A program made the translations under genes and the position numbers. A stretch of DNA of 64,000 nt from Blepharisma stoltei ATCC 30299 (Eukaryota > Protista > Ciliophora): NCBI GenBank assembly GCA_965603825.1, contig CBFDEM010000011.1, forward strand, positions 248,001-312,000, written 5' to 3'. Shown one piece after another: positions 1 to 10,947 of the stretch. The notes beneath the pieces are model-generated. The model had not been told where the DNA came from and did no database searches. It saw only the letters and a program-made list of their open reading frames with translations. Position 1 is the stretch's first letter; each line of letters starts with the position of its first letter.

Positions 1-436
1 ATAAGCAGCAATCCATATACATCCAAAAATAACTCAATGGAACTATCACAAAAATCACTAACGAGATGACCATCTGGAAATTTTGCGGAATATTATTTTT
101 TTAAAGTTATTGTTCGTATAGACTTATAGCTGAAGCTGCTCTGCTATTCTGAAAGTCTATTCTAATTCAGCAGTAAACTTGAAAAATACTAAAAGCAATG
201 AAATAGATTGGAGATTGAGGGATTAATCATTGACAAGCCGAAAATTCACAGCGAAAAGTTTTCCTAAGGGAGCCTAGGCTACTCTTATAAATATTACCCA
301 CCAAGAACACTAGGGCTTTTCCAACTAATAAATCCAAACTTATTTCTATCTGCTCTTCCACATCTTTGGTCACCCCTCAGCTTTTAATTATTTTCCGCTT
401 AAAATGCAATTCTCGAAACCCTTTTCGCCATTTATA

Positions 437-1450
437 ATGTTTAGTGAGACAGTCAAGTCCAAGATCAAAAAGTTCGATGTCTATCGAAAGCTTCCTCAAG
501 ATCTAACTGAGCCTACTTTATCAGGAGCTTTTGTATCAATTATAGCCTGCGCCTTTATGACCTTACTTTTCTTAACTGAGCTCGCTGAATATCTCAAAGT
601 TAGCACTAACACAGAAATGTTCGTTGATATTAACCGAGGTGGCGAAAAATTGGTCATAAACATAAATATAGCATTCCCAAGGTATCCTTGTGGCCTTATT
701 TCTTTGGATGCTCAGGATATTATGGGTTCACATGTAGTTGATGTAGGAGGATCGATGAAAAAAATTAGGCTAAGCTCGGATGGGAAATTTATTGAGGAAG
801 AGGATTTGTTTGAAAAAGAACACAAAGAAGAATCAGGGGTGAATTTACAAGAAATTAAAAAGCAGCTAGATAATAAGGAAGGGTGCCAATTAATAGGACA
901 CATTTTGGTGAATAAAGTACCTGGAAATTTCCACGTGTCAAGTCATGCTTTTCATAATCAAATGCATTCAATTATTATCGGCGACAATTCAAAATTGGAT
1001 TTATCACATGTTATTAACCATTTATCATTTGGAAGCAATAAAGATCTTGAGTTTATTAAAACCCATTTTGAAGAAGGAGTTTTAAACCCTCTTGATGAGC
1101 TAAAAAGAATAAGACCAGATGGAGTCAGAGATGCGTTGTCATATGAATATTACATTAAAGTCGTACCAACCACTTATCAGACCTTAGAAGGCGAAGAGTT
1201 CTTCGTACATCAATTTACTGCTAATACCAATGAATATTCCGCTCAAGGAATGCCAGCTGTCTTTTTCAGGTACGATTTAAGTCCAGTTACAGTAAAATTC
1301 TCTCAAACCAAAGAAAGCTTTTTCCATTTCATTGTTCAAGTCTGTGCCATAGTTGGAGGCGTATTCACTGTTGCTGGACTTATTGATAATTTACTCCACA
1401 CTTCAATATCAAAAATTCTTAGAAAAAGAGATGCAGGCAAACTAGGATAA
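437..1450 (+). CDS. ERGIC3: ER-Golgi intermediate compartment protein (ERGIC3/Erv46 family)
   Basis: N-terminal FDVYRKLP..LTEPT.SGA plus TM helix, EGC..G...VNKVPGNFH, YEYYIKVVPT, P.VFFRYDLSPV and a C-terminal TM followed by GKLG. ATG 437 in AT-rich context is preferred over 404. Confidence 0.9.
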   Translation: MFSETVKSKIKKFDVYRKLPQDLTEPTLSGAFVSIIACAFMTLLFLTELAEYLKVSTNTEMFVDINRGGEKLVININIAFPRYPCGLISLDAQDIMGSHVVDVGGSMKKIRLSSDGKFIEEEDLFEKEHKEESGVNLQEIKKQLDNKEGCQLIGHILVNKVPGNFHVSSHAFHNQMHSIIIGDNSKLDLSHVINHLSFGSNKDLEFIKTHFEEGVLNPLDELKRIRPDGVRDALSYEYYIKVVPTTYQTLEGEEFFVHQFTANTNEYSAQGMPAVFFRYDLSPVTVKFSQTKESFFHFIVQVCAIVGGVFTVAGLIDNLLHTSISKILRKRDAGKLG

Positions 1451-1487
1451 TCTAAATTTAATATTGAATTATGAAATAAATTATATC

Positions 1488-3068
1488 TTAACCTGAAAAG
1501 CTCATATCAAGTCTATTAAATGACTTTTTTGATGGTGCTTTACTATTTCCCATATTTCGCTCGTTTTGCTCTGTATTCACAACACACGACAAAAATTTGC
1601 TTGGCTGGGTCCAATGCATCATATTCGTAATTTTTCCCATCCAAGTTTTTCCGTTATCTAAAATTAAACTCGGGTTTTCTGCTGCTTCATGGACATCCAT
1701 TACAATTTTATTTAAATCTTTTTCAAACGTAGAAAATGATTCAGCTGCGATTTGGTATTTTATTACATTAGTGACCGTATCCCTTACGCTCTGAGATTCC
1801 ATCATTAGCGTCATAAGGGATTTATACAGTATATCCATTTGATATTTGAGCAAATTTAATACACGATTTTCTTCTGACATTTGAGAAAGCCCTTTTCAAT
1901 CTATAGGAGCAGCTGGATTAGATCTTCCAGATAAATTTGGCTGCTTAGACTCTACAGAAGCTTGTTCAAGCTTTTGGTTTAGCCTTAGAACTTCTGCTCT
2001 TGCAAGCTGTCTTTTTTTTTGAGCTTCTTCTAAGGTTTCATTAAGCTGATTTATTGTAATTTGGTTTTCTTTTAATGTCGCATTTAATTGAGATTGTGCA
2101 TTTAACAGTTGAGACTTTTCAGATTCAAGCTCAGACACTTTTAGTTTATAGTCGTCCAATTCTTTCTGAAGATGTGCTGTACTTTGAGAGACTTCGAGTT
2201 GGATTTCTGATAGTATTTTAGTTTCAAGCTGCATTATTTTGGCATTTTTTTCTTTAATTTCTTTTTCGAAGTTTTCTTTCAGCGTGTTAAATTCTTTTTG
2301 TAAAGCATCGTATACGGATACTTTATCGCTGATTGAAGCTGATGAGTTTTTTAATCCTTCTTCAAGTTCTTGAATTCTTTGCTGCTTTCCTTTAACTTGA
2401 GCTTCTAAATCTTTTATTTTCTGAACATTTTCTCTATCACTTTGTCTTAAGGTTTTTGATTTCTTTTTGCTTTTATCATACTCTTCTTGTACTTTTTTTA
2501 GCGATAATTCCGCTTCTCCTTTTTTCTTGTTAGAAGTTTCTAATAATTCTAATACCAAATTGTAATCTTCTTCAAGTTTCTTTTTACATTTATTTAGTAT
2601 TTCAACATCTTCTTGAAGTTTTGAATTTTTCTCTTCAGAAAGTCTTAGCTTGTTTTGAGTTTCTTCTAGGACTTGAAGTGTTTTGCTCGCTTCTTCGAAA
2701 GCTTTGGACTGTTTTTCAAGTTCATTGTTTCTTTCTCTGAAGTATTTAATTTCTTGTGCACGGCTCTCCAGTAAGGTTTTAAAATCTTCAGCTTCTCCTG
2801 ATAGCTTCTTAGCGAGGTTTTGAAGCTCTTCGCAATGGGTTTTATATAATTTAAGCTCTTCTTCGATTCTTGAACAATCGCGCTTAGCCTGTTTTTTGCT
2901 TTCGTCAAGACTTTCAACTTCTCGAAGCTTTTCTTTTAATTCTGTATCTAATTTTATTACTATTTGAATCAGGTCAGACTGTGGAACTCCTGATAGGGCA
3001 TGAGCATCAAGGACGTCTCCTTCTTCTTTCTTTTTGAAAAATTTTTCAATAGACTTTTTCATCATCAT
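1488..3068 (-). CDS. Long coiled-coil protein (526 aa), unknown function
   Basis: ORFs 1896-3068 and 1488-1880 are in frame and joined by one TGA(Trp) followed by KGLSQ. E/K/Q/L-rich heptad pattern. Confidence 0.75.
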
Positions 3069-3642
3069 TTAGATTATTAATGTAATTTGAAGTTCTACTT
3101 GGAAAATTAAATAAACGTAAGAATTATATAATTTTATTTACATAATGGCATATATTAAATTACATGATTTTTTTAAATCTATATCTCAACTTTTTCATAT
3201 TAAGGATTCCTCATATTAAATTTAGCTGGCAATGCCACATAAGTTCAGCAATAATTTAGAGTGGAGTATTATCTTACACAATTATGTAAAAAAGAACCCA
3301 TATAATAAAATTGTAATATGGGATGGTTTAAGGACCAATATAATCGCCAAAAAAAACATTTATTATCATGATGTTTTAAAATCAAAAGGACATTACCATT
3401 ATTCCTTTACTCATATTTCTGAATAATTTCTATTTATTATGAAAGCGAAAAAGACTTAATTTTATTGTGAAATTTATAAATTTTAATTTTAAAACAATTA
3501 CTAGTCTACTGTGTGTAGGAGCCATTTTAACTTAGTTATTGCAAATATTTTGCTTAAATAAAAAAAAATTCTAATTTAATTAAATATGTTACGTCAGCAT
3601 CAATTTCACTTTGGTGTTGACATTAATTATAAAAAACTTATA

Positions 3643-4800
3643 ATGAATAAAATCATAGCCATTGCAGCGCCTCTCATTTTGTCAGTTCTTCTTCACATAT
3701 ACATTTTAAACCAAGAATTAATTCCAGAAGCCTATTATAACATTGAAGATTTGATAACATCTAAGGGCTATAATTTCACATATCACTATGTAATTACTGA
3801 TGATGGGTATATACTAAAAGCATTTCGTATATTTAAAAGCTCTCCAAACGGAAAACCAATTCTTTTCATGCATGGATTAGCTGGTAATGCTGATTGCTTT
3901 TTAATAAATATCAACTCAAAAGCGCCTGCGTTTCGACTGGTAGATGAAGGTTTTGATGTTTGGGTACTTAATAGTAGAGGAAATAATTATAGTAGAAATC
4001 ATACAATTTATGATGTCGAATCAAAGGAATTTTGGGCATATACAGCTTCTGATATCACATTTTATGACATTCCAACTTATATAAAATATATCAAAGGTAT
4101 AACTGGATATGATAAGCTTTCTTATATAGGCCATTCGCATGGAGCATCCCTTATGATTGCTTATCTTGCTCTGAATTCCGATTTTTCAGAGGATATATCT
4201 GTGGTCATATCAATAGCTGGAAATGGTCCTCAAGTTAATCTAAGGTCGTATATGGTTAAACTAGCTTTATCTAATTTTTTTTTGGACTTTGCAGATTGAA
4301 TTGGAATTAAAGTGGTTATGGATTCTCCGTCATATTGGGTTGCTAAGCTTATTCAAGTATTTCCTATGGGCGCTTATTATCTTAGTAGAGATATTTATGA
4401 TTACACAATTCATAAAGACAAGCCTGAAGGAATAGCTTATTATGCCTTAAAATTTCAAGGTGGGGTGGGCATAAATTCTCTAAGATATTGCAAATCGCTT
4501 ATAGAGAGCCATGGGTTGATCCAGCTATACGATCATGGGCCAATTAAGAATATGGAATTATATGGAAGTATTGAGCCTCCTATAGCAGATTACTCTAAAG
4601 TCAAAAGTAAAATTGCAATTATTGGAGGAAAGTATGACAAGTTAATACATCCTGATGATACTTTTTCTCTATATAAATCTTTGCCCAAAGAAATTGTTAT
4701 TCACTATAAAATTTATGAGCATGACCATGGAACTTTTTTGTTATCCAAAAATATGGACTATCTAGAAGATGTTATTAGGATTCTTAACTCAAATAAATAA
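3643..4800 (+). CDS. Acid/lysosomal lipase-like alpha/beta hydrolase, copy 1
   Basis: N-terminal hydrophobic segment, TDDGYIL, HGL, GFDVW..NSRGN.YSR.H, GHSHG nucleophile elbow. One in-frame TGA at 4297 joins the two track ORFs. Confidence 0.9.
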
Positions 4801-4903
4801 ATATTATTACAAAATTTAATTAAATATACTAATTTAGTTTATGAAATTTGTTAAATTAGCTAAATTTCGCATTGCTGTGGACATTAATTATAAGAAGATT
4901 AAG

Positions 4904-6061
4904 ATGAATTTAATCATAATTATTGGAGTTCCTGTGATTTTATCTCTTCTCCTTCATATCTATATATCAAGCCAAGAATTAATCCCAGAAGCCTATTATA
5001 CCATTGAAGAACTTATTAAATCTAAGGGCTACAATCGCACAGATCACTATGTAATTACGGAAGATGGATATATACTAAAAGCATTTCGTATATTCAAAAG
5101 CTCTCCAATTGGAGCACCAATCCTCCTTATGCATGGATTAGGTGGGAATTCTGATTGCTTTTTAATAAATATCAATGCAAAAGCACCTGCATTTCGACTT
5201 GTGGATGAAGGCTTTGATGTCTGGGTTCTTAATAGCAGAGGAAATACTTATAGTAGAAATCATACGAGCCTTGAAATTGATTCAAAGGAATTCTGAGCAT
5301 GAACTGCTTCTGATATTGCAACTTATGATATTCCAACCTATATAAAATATATCAAAGGCATAACCGGATATAATAAACTGGCTTATTTAGGTCACTCTCA
5401 GGGAGCAGCACTTATGATTGCATATCTTGCTTTGAATTCTGATTTTTCGAAGGATATATCTGTAGTTATATCTATTGCTGGGAATGGTCCTAAAGTTACT
5501 CCAAGATCGTATATGATTAAGCTCCTTTTATCTGATTGTTTTTTAAATTTTGCAGATTGAATTGAAATGAAAGTAATAATGGATACTCCATCATATTGAT
5601 TTGCTAAGCTTATTCAGGCTTTTCCTTTGGGTGCATATTATCTTAGCCGTGACAGATATGATTACACAATTCATAACGATAAGCCTGAAGGCATGGTTTA
5701 TTATGCCTTGAAATTTCCTGGTGGAGTGAGTATAAACTCTCTGAGATATTGCAAAGCAACCCTGGAGAAAAATAGCTTTATCCAGCTATATGATCATGGA
5801 CCTATTAAAAATATGAAATTATATGGAAATGCTATTCCCCCAATAGCAGATTACTCTAAAGTCAAAAGTAAAATTGCAATTATTGGAGGAAAGCATGATC
5901 AGGTTATACATCCTGATGATACATTTTCTCTTTATAAATCTTTGCCTAAAGAAATCGTTATTCACTATAAAATTTATGAGCATGACCATGGAACATTTTT
6001 GTTATCCAAAAATATGGACTATCTAGAAGACACTATTAAAGTTCTAAGTAATTACTTATAA
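4904..6061 (+). CDS. Acid/lysosomal lipase-like alpha/beta hydrolase, copy 2 (tandem paralog)
   Basis: Colinear with copy 1 at an offset of 1261 nt; GHSQG motif. Four in-frame TGA (5294, 5300, 5558, 5597), two of which align with TGG in copy 1. Confidence 0.9.
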
Positions 6062-6319
6062 TAAATTTTTATTGATCTTTCATGGAGCAACTATAAGTGC
6101 TACAGAAATGAAGTTAATTTCAATTAAAAATAAAATAAAAATTACATATATTTGCTCTCATAAATTAAAATAAATAACTAATGTAATTTATTGCTGCGAA
6201 TTTTAATAATATAGTAATAAAATTTTTATATTCAATCAAATTAAAGCAAAAGTTTTTAATTTAAATATCACTGCAATATCTAAAAATAACCAAATATGCT
6301 GGGACATTTTGATTTTGCT

Positions 6320-7294
6320 TTAAAACTGCTTAGGTTCATATTTTCCAATCAACTTCTTACACCTTCTACATCTATGATGTATTTCCTGATACTTTTCCCA
6401 ATTATCTATTTTCGTGCAGCACTTAATAAAATCCCCAACACAACATATAACTTTTCAAATAGGTAAAGTCGGCATTTTAAGAGAAACCAGCGTTGAAGTT
6501 TCCAACTCACAATATTTACAGTATAGCTTTGTAGGGAGAATTCCAAGGTCGTTACTGCCATTGTTTATTACATTATTTTCATAAATAAACTCATTGTCTT
6601 GAAAAAGCTCATTGTCATCTATTTCTATCCCTTGAGTTGCCAAAACTATTGTTGTAGCATTTCCTTCAGTTTTTGTAAAATGCTGAGGGTCTATGCATTC
6701 CGTTAATTCAGTGTCTTGGCTTTGAGCTTCTCTGCGAACTTCTATTTCAGACGCAAATAAAGAAGAAGTTCTTATTTCTGAATTATAAAGAGAAGATCTT
6801 GGCTCAATTGTAGAAGCAAACATAGAATTTTTAGATAAATTTGTTGACCTATGACTTGCTTTGTATTTTCCTGTTGAGTATTCTTCACTTACACTAGAAT
6901 CTGGGTCATTTTGAACTGCAGGATGGGCAGACTTATCCATATTGATGGAAAGATGTGCCACCCGAGAGATTGAGCATTTTTTTTGAAAGGATTTTATCTT
7001 GGCTGTTTTAGTAAATTCATAGCTTTGATTTATGTCTTTTATTATTACACTTGGCTGCCTTCTATGCACTGGTGCATTCGGTGTTTCATCTTCGAATTGA
7101 AGAACTTTAAAAGCTTTCCTTGAATTTGGATTTGTGCAAACTAATGATAATTTGTCTATAGAAAATGATGGAGTTTTGGGTTTATCTTGTAGGGATAAGC
7201 CCCTATGCATTACTGCTAAAGAATGGATAGATAAGTGGCAGTCTGTAGGGATTTTTGGGGATGAGGAGATATTACCCGCGCTTGAAGTACTCAT
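6320..7294 (-). CDS. LITAF/SIMPLE zinc-ribbon domain protein with long disordered N-terminus
   Basis: Reading through TGA at 6455-6457 gives YCKYC ... hydrophobic/Cys stretch (WKVICCVGDFIKCC) ... HRCRRCKKLIGKY and TAA at 6320-6322. This is the LITAF CxxC/HxCxxC signature. Confidence 0.85.
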
Positions 7295-7522
7295 TTTTAT
7301 ATAATAATTTTAGCAGTAAATTTTATCTCTGGAAATCGCATCAATTTCATATTGAATTTAAAATTTATACAAAATTGTCATTTAATCTCGATAAAATAGC
7401 AATAATAGGCGGACCAAAAAAAAGAGATCTATATATAATATAAAATTTTTATTAATAAAAAATCCAATGATCAATAGTGCAAAATAGCATTAAACTATTT
7501 GAATTTTCTCCGTATAATAAAA

Positions 7523-7933
7523 ATGCTTAAACTGCTGAGACTTACTAGAAGATCATACCATCCCAAAGTTGTTGAATATTACGAAAATCCGAAAAACGCT
7601 GGGTCTTTTGATAAGAAAAGCAAAGAAGTTGGAACTGGGGTAGTTGGAGCTCCTGCATGCGGAGATGTAATGAAGCTCCAAATAAAAGTCGAAAACGGAA
7701 AAATAGCTGATGCAGTTTTCAAGACATTTGGATGTGCATCGGCAATAGCTAGCTCATCCTATGCAACTGAATATATTAAAGGCCTTAGCTTAGATGAAGC
7801 AATGCAGTTAAAGAACTCAGATATTGCATCTTATCTCCATTTGCCACCTATTAAGTTGCACTGCTCTATGCTAGCTGAAGATGCAGTTAAAGCTGCAGTT
7901 AAAGACTTTCAGAAAAAAAATGAAACAGAATAA
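7523..7933 (+). CDS. ISCU: Mitochondrial Fe-S cluster scaffold protein
   Basis: Arg-rich presequence, YHPKVVEYYENPKN.GS, GAPACGDVMKLQI, FKTFGC.SAIASSS, LPPIKLHCSMLAEDA. Confidence 0.97.
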   Translation: MLKLLRLTRRSYHPKVVEYYENPKNAGSFDKKSKEVGTGVVGAPACGDVMKLQIKVENGKIADAVFKTFGCASAIASSSYATEYIKGLSLDEAMQLKNSDIASYLHLPPIKLHCSMLAEDAVKAAVKDFQKKNETE

Positions 7934-8694
7934 ATAATTAGTTGTCAATAAAAATTAATTTTTATGCACCTGAAATATAAGTTTCCAATTAAATCTCATT
8001 GAACAAGATTTTTCTTTAACTTTGCGATGAAAAGAAGAGAAATTTAAATAGATAAATCTACAATTGGCTTAACCCATTCTGATTTTTTTAACGCTTGATA
8101 TAAAAAATTACTAGTTTCAAAGCAATCAATTAATTGGAAAATATGGGAAACATTCCTCATTCTCTATTTTTAAATAAGATAAAATAAAGATGATTTTTGT
8201 AAATACATGGAGATCTTAATCAAGATACACCTATTGGAAGAGCTGGTGAAGATTTCAGTGATTTAGAAGAATAGCAGAGATGAATTGCTTGAGATATCAA
8301 GAGATAAAAGAAATAATATCAGTTATGAGAGAAATTGTATGATTTCTAAACAGTTAATAAGTAACAATCTTAAAATGCAATATTTTTTCTTATTTTATTA
8401 AAAAACTCTTTAATAATAAAATCAGTCACAAGAAAAGGCCACTAAGAATTATTGGGTTTAATTTTATTATTTTTATAAAATAAAACCTCTTTAATGTAAA
8501 AAAGCCTTTAATTGTATTTATAAACATTTCTTTGCATTTTTAAGTGTTTCAGGACTATGAAAAACTTTATTTTTAGAGCATAAATTTATTTTTTTCTTAT
8601 TATTCTCATTAAAAAAACGAAAGAGGTAACTTGAAATTGCTGATATATTATTAAATTACCAACGTTGTCTTCTGTGAAATTCTCTGTTCTTTTA

Positions 8695-9060
8695 CTACAA
8701 AAAAGGAGCTTCTTCATCTTCATCTGAACTATCCCTATCAGGTGGTCTAAAAATCCTCATCTGTATTTCTTCCTGTCCTCTGATGGCATGCTCTTTTCTT
8801 CCTATTAAATAAACCATTATCCCCAGTATCATTACATATATTCCTGCAGCTCACAAGCATGTGAATCCAGCTTCATCTCTAGGGATCCCATTAATTTCAA
8901 TATATTCATAATCCCCAATCAGCAACGACCCCATAATAACCTAGCTATAAAATACCAAAATAATGCTCCCAAAAAGACTTATTCCAGTGCATATCTCTAT
9001 AAATACCATGTTGGTTTTATTCCTTTGATTTCATACTTTGGAATTATATATAAATGTCAT
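8695..9060 (-). CDS. Small two-TM protein resembling RNase kappa / V-ATPase V0 subunit f (absent from ORF track)
   Basis: With two TGA=Trp and a 15-nt intron (8941-8955) it reads MTFIYNSKVW...EICTGISLFGSIIL|VMGSLLIGDYEYIEINGIPRDEAGFTCLWAAGIYVMILGIMVYLIGRKE...APFL*. The C..[IL]S.[FW]G.I.L and C..AAG.Y pattern resembles RNASEK. Confidence 0.65.
8941..8955 (-). other. 15-nt spliceosomal intron GTATTTTATAGCTAG
   Basis: GT-AG ends, A at position 10, removes an in-frame TAG. Confidence 0.8.
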
Positions 9061-9116
9061 AACTAATGCTTTCTAATCTGAGAATTTCATTAATGTCCTA
9101 GTTGCTCTTTGTATAA

Positions 9117-10283
9117 ATGGGATTATGCTTTCCTCGGTCTAAGGATGATAGAAGTCCAAGCACAAAAAGTCTCAACTCGCCTTCTATAGACGAATATTTG
9201 CCGCGTCGGCTTTCTGTTGTTCCAATTAATAATACACCAAGTGCAGAAGACCCGTTTTGCAACTCTCCGGGGCTTTCTCCACAAGATTTTAAGGATTTTA
9301 ATAATCGACGAAGCTATCCTTCGAGATCTGTATTAAAAATCGAAGGAAAAATGGGTTCACGGCACCAAAAGAGCTTTGAAGGGAAGAGGGTGAATATTAT
9401 AGGTGACTCTGGCCCTGAAATTATGCGAAAATTAGGAATTGCAGTAACTTGTAAAAAAGGCTTGAAACTGAATTTGCCGAACCAAGATGATTTTACAATA
9501 GTGATTGATGAGAATTGTTATTATTTTGGCGTGTTTGACGGACATGGAAATGACGGCCATGAAGTATCAAATTATGTTAGGCGTTATTTGCCTATGCAGA
9601 TTATGGCTCATGATTTATTTGAAATTGATATATTGAGAGCCTTTACTGATTGCTACTTGAAAATTAATCAAACTTTAGAAACCCTTGGGAGCGGCAAAGA
9701 TGCAGAATTTGATACTTTGTTGTCAGGGACAACTGCGACCAGTATAATTGTAAAAAATAATCATCTTTATATAGGCCATGTTGGTGATTCTCGCGCTATT
9801 TTAGGGTTGAAAAGAGAGGATGGTTATGAGGCATTTAGGGTAACAATTGATCATAAACCGATGCTTCCTGAGGAGAAAAAAAGAATTGAGTCGAAAAAAG
9901 GACAAGTAAAAAGATTGGACAATGATATTCCATACAGAATATTTGTCAAAGATCAAAATTATCCAGGGTTGTCTACGTCTAGGGCCCTTGGAGATTTATT
10001 GGCTCAAAAGGTTGGAGTTATACCTGATCCTCAGATATGTGAAATGGAAATCAGCATAAATACAGAATATTTAATTATATGCAGTGATGGGGTATGGGAG
10101 TTCATAAGTGACCAAGAAGCACTTGAGACAGTGGCTTCTTTTGGGAAAAATGTAGAGCTCGCAGTTGAAGCGTTAGCAACTCTTGCATATGAGAGGTGGA
10201 TTGAAAACGAAAAAGATATCTCGGATGATATCACTGTCATTATAGTGCTGATGCCATCTCTCTTAAATTTTGGGAACGTATAA
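9117..10283 (+). CDS. PP2C/PPM family protein phosphatase with predicted N-acylation (MGLC)
   Basis: NQD, FGVFDGHG, SGTTA, HVGDSR, DHKP...E..RI, SRALGD, ICSDGVWE, DDIT motifs. Confidence 0.95.
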   Translation: MGLCFPRSKDDRSPSTKSLNSPSIDEYLPRRLSVVPINNTPSAEDPFCNSPGLSPQDFKDFNNRRSYPSRSVLKIEGKMGSRHQKSFEGKRVNIIGDSGPEIMRKLGIAVTCKKGLKLNLPNQDDFTIVIDENCYYFGVFDGHGNDGHEVSNYVRRYLPMQIMAHDLFEIDILRAFTDCYLKINQTLETLGSGKDAEFDTLLSGTTATSIIVKNNHLYIGHVGDSRAILGLKREDGYEAFRVTIDHKPMLPEEKKRIESKKGQVKRLDNDIPYRIFVKDQNYPGLSTSRALGDLLAQKVGVIPDPQICEMEISINTEYLIICSDGVWEFISDQEALETVASFGKNVELAVEALATLAYERWIENEKDISDDITVIIVLMPSLLNFGNV

Positions 10284-10947
10284 TTACCAATTAAAACTTA
10301 TTATAATGCAATTAAGATTTTGAGATTTCTCTAGATAACCGCTTTTTATTTTTGTTAATGGAATGCAATTTCTTGAGTCACAATGTGACTTTGATTGATG
10401 ATCAAAGGCTCAGCATTGAGTGAAAGCATTAATGGAGACAGTTTATTTTGTGAAGATGAGTTTTGATATGAAGCTGATGAAATTCTTGGATTAGATTCGG
10501 ATGTGCATGAAGAGACAGATGCTGAAAATGGAAGGAGAGAGCAGGAAAGCCAAAAACGCCAACAGAAAGCCAAAAGTAAAGCCTACAAAAAAGATCGAGT
10601 GAAAGGAAGAAAAAATGGCAAAGAAAAGTACGAAAGAAATACCTTTTACCCCAACGATTTGGGGAATTGGAAAGAGGCTAGAAGAGAATGGTAAATGACT
10701 GCGAGTATTAAGGCTAAGCAATACTATTAAGAACTTTCATGAGGAAATTCTCAAAGGCAGAGCAAAAAGACATCATAGGGAAAAATAGACAGAAGAGATG
10801 GAGTCTCGCATCGTGGTATTTAAAGGGACAACGTATGTTTCAAGAATTCGAAACTGAAAGACTACTGAAAAAAAAAGACCCATAAGGGCCTGCTGAGAGT
10901 TATTTGAAACTCTCTGAAAAAAGATAAGATATTAATATAACCGCTTT

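Noticed and set aside
1-250. Possible partial minus-strand gene at the window start (MVISLVIFVIVPLSYFWMYMDCCL...)
   Set aside because: Only ~24 codons are visible; insufficient to support a call.
3232-3426. Short AT-rich ORFs (also 7255-7443, 22411-22632, 7965-8050)
   Set aside because: Intergenic composition, no motifs; expected by chance.
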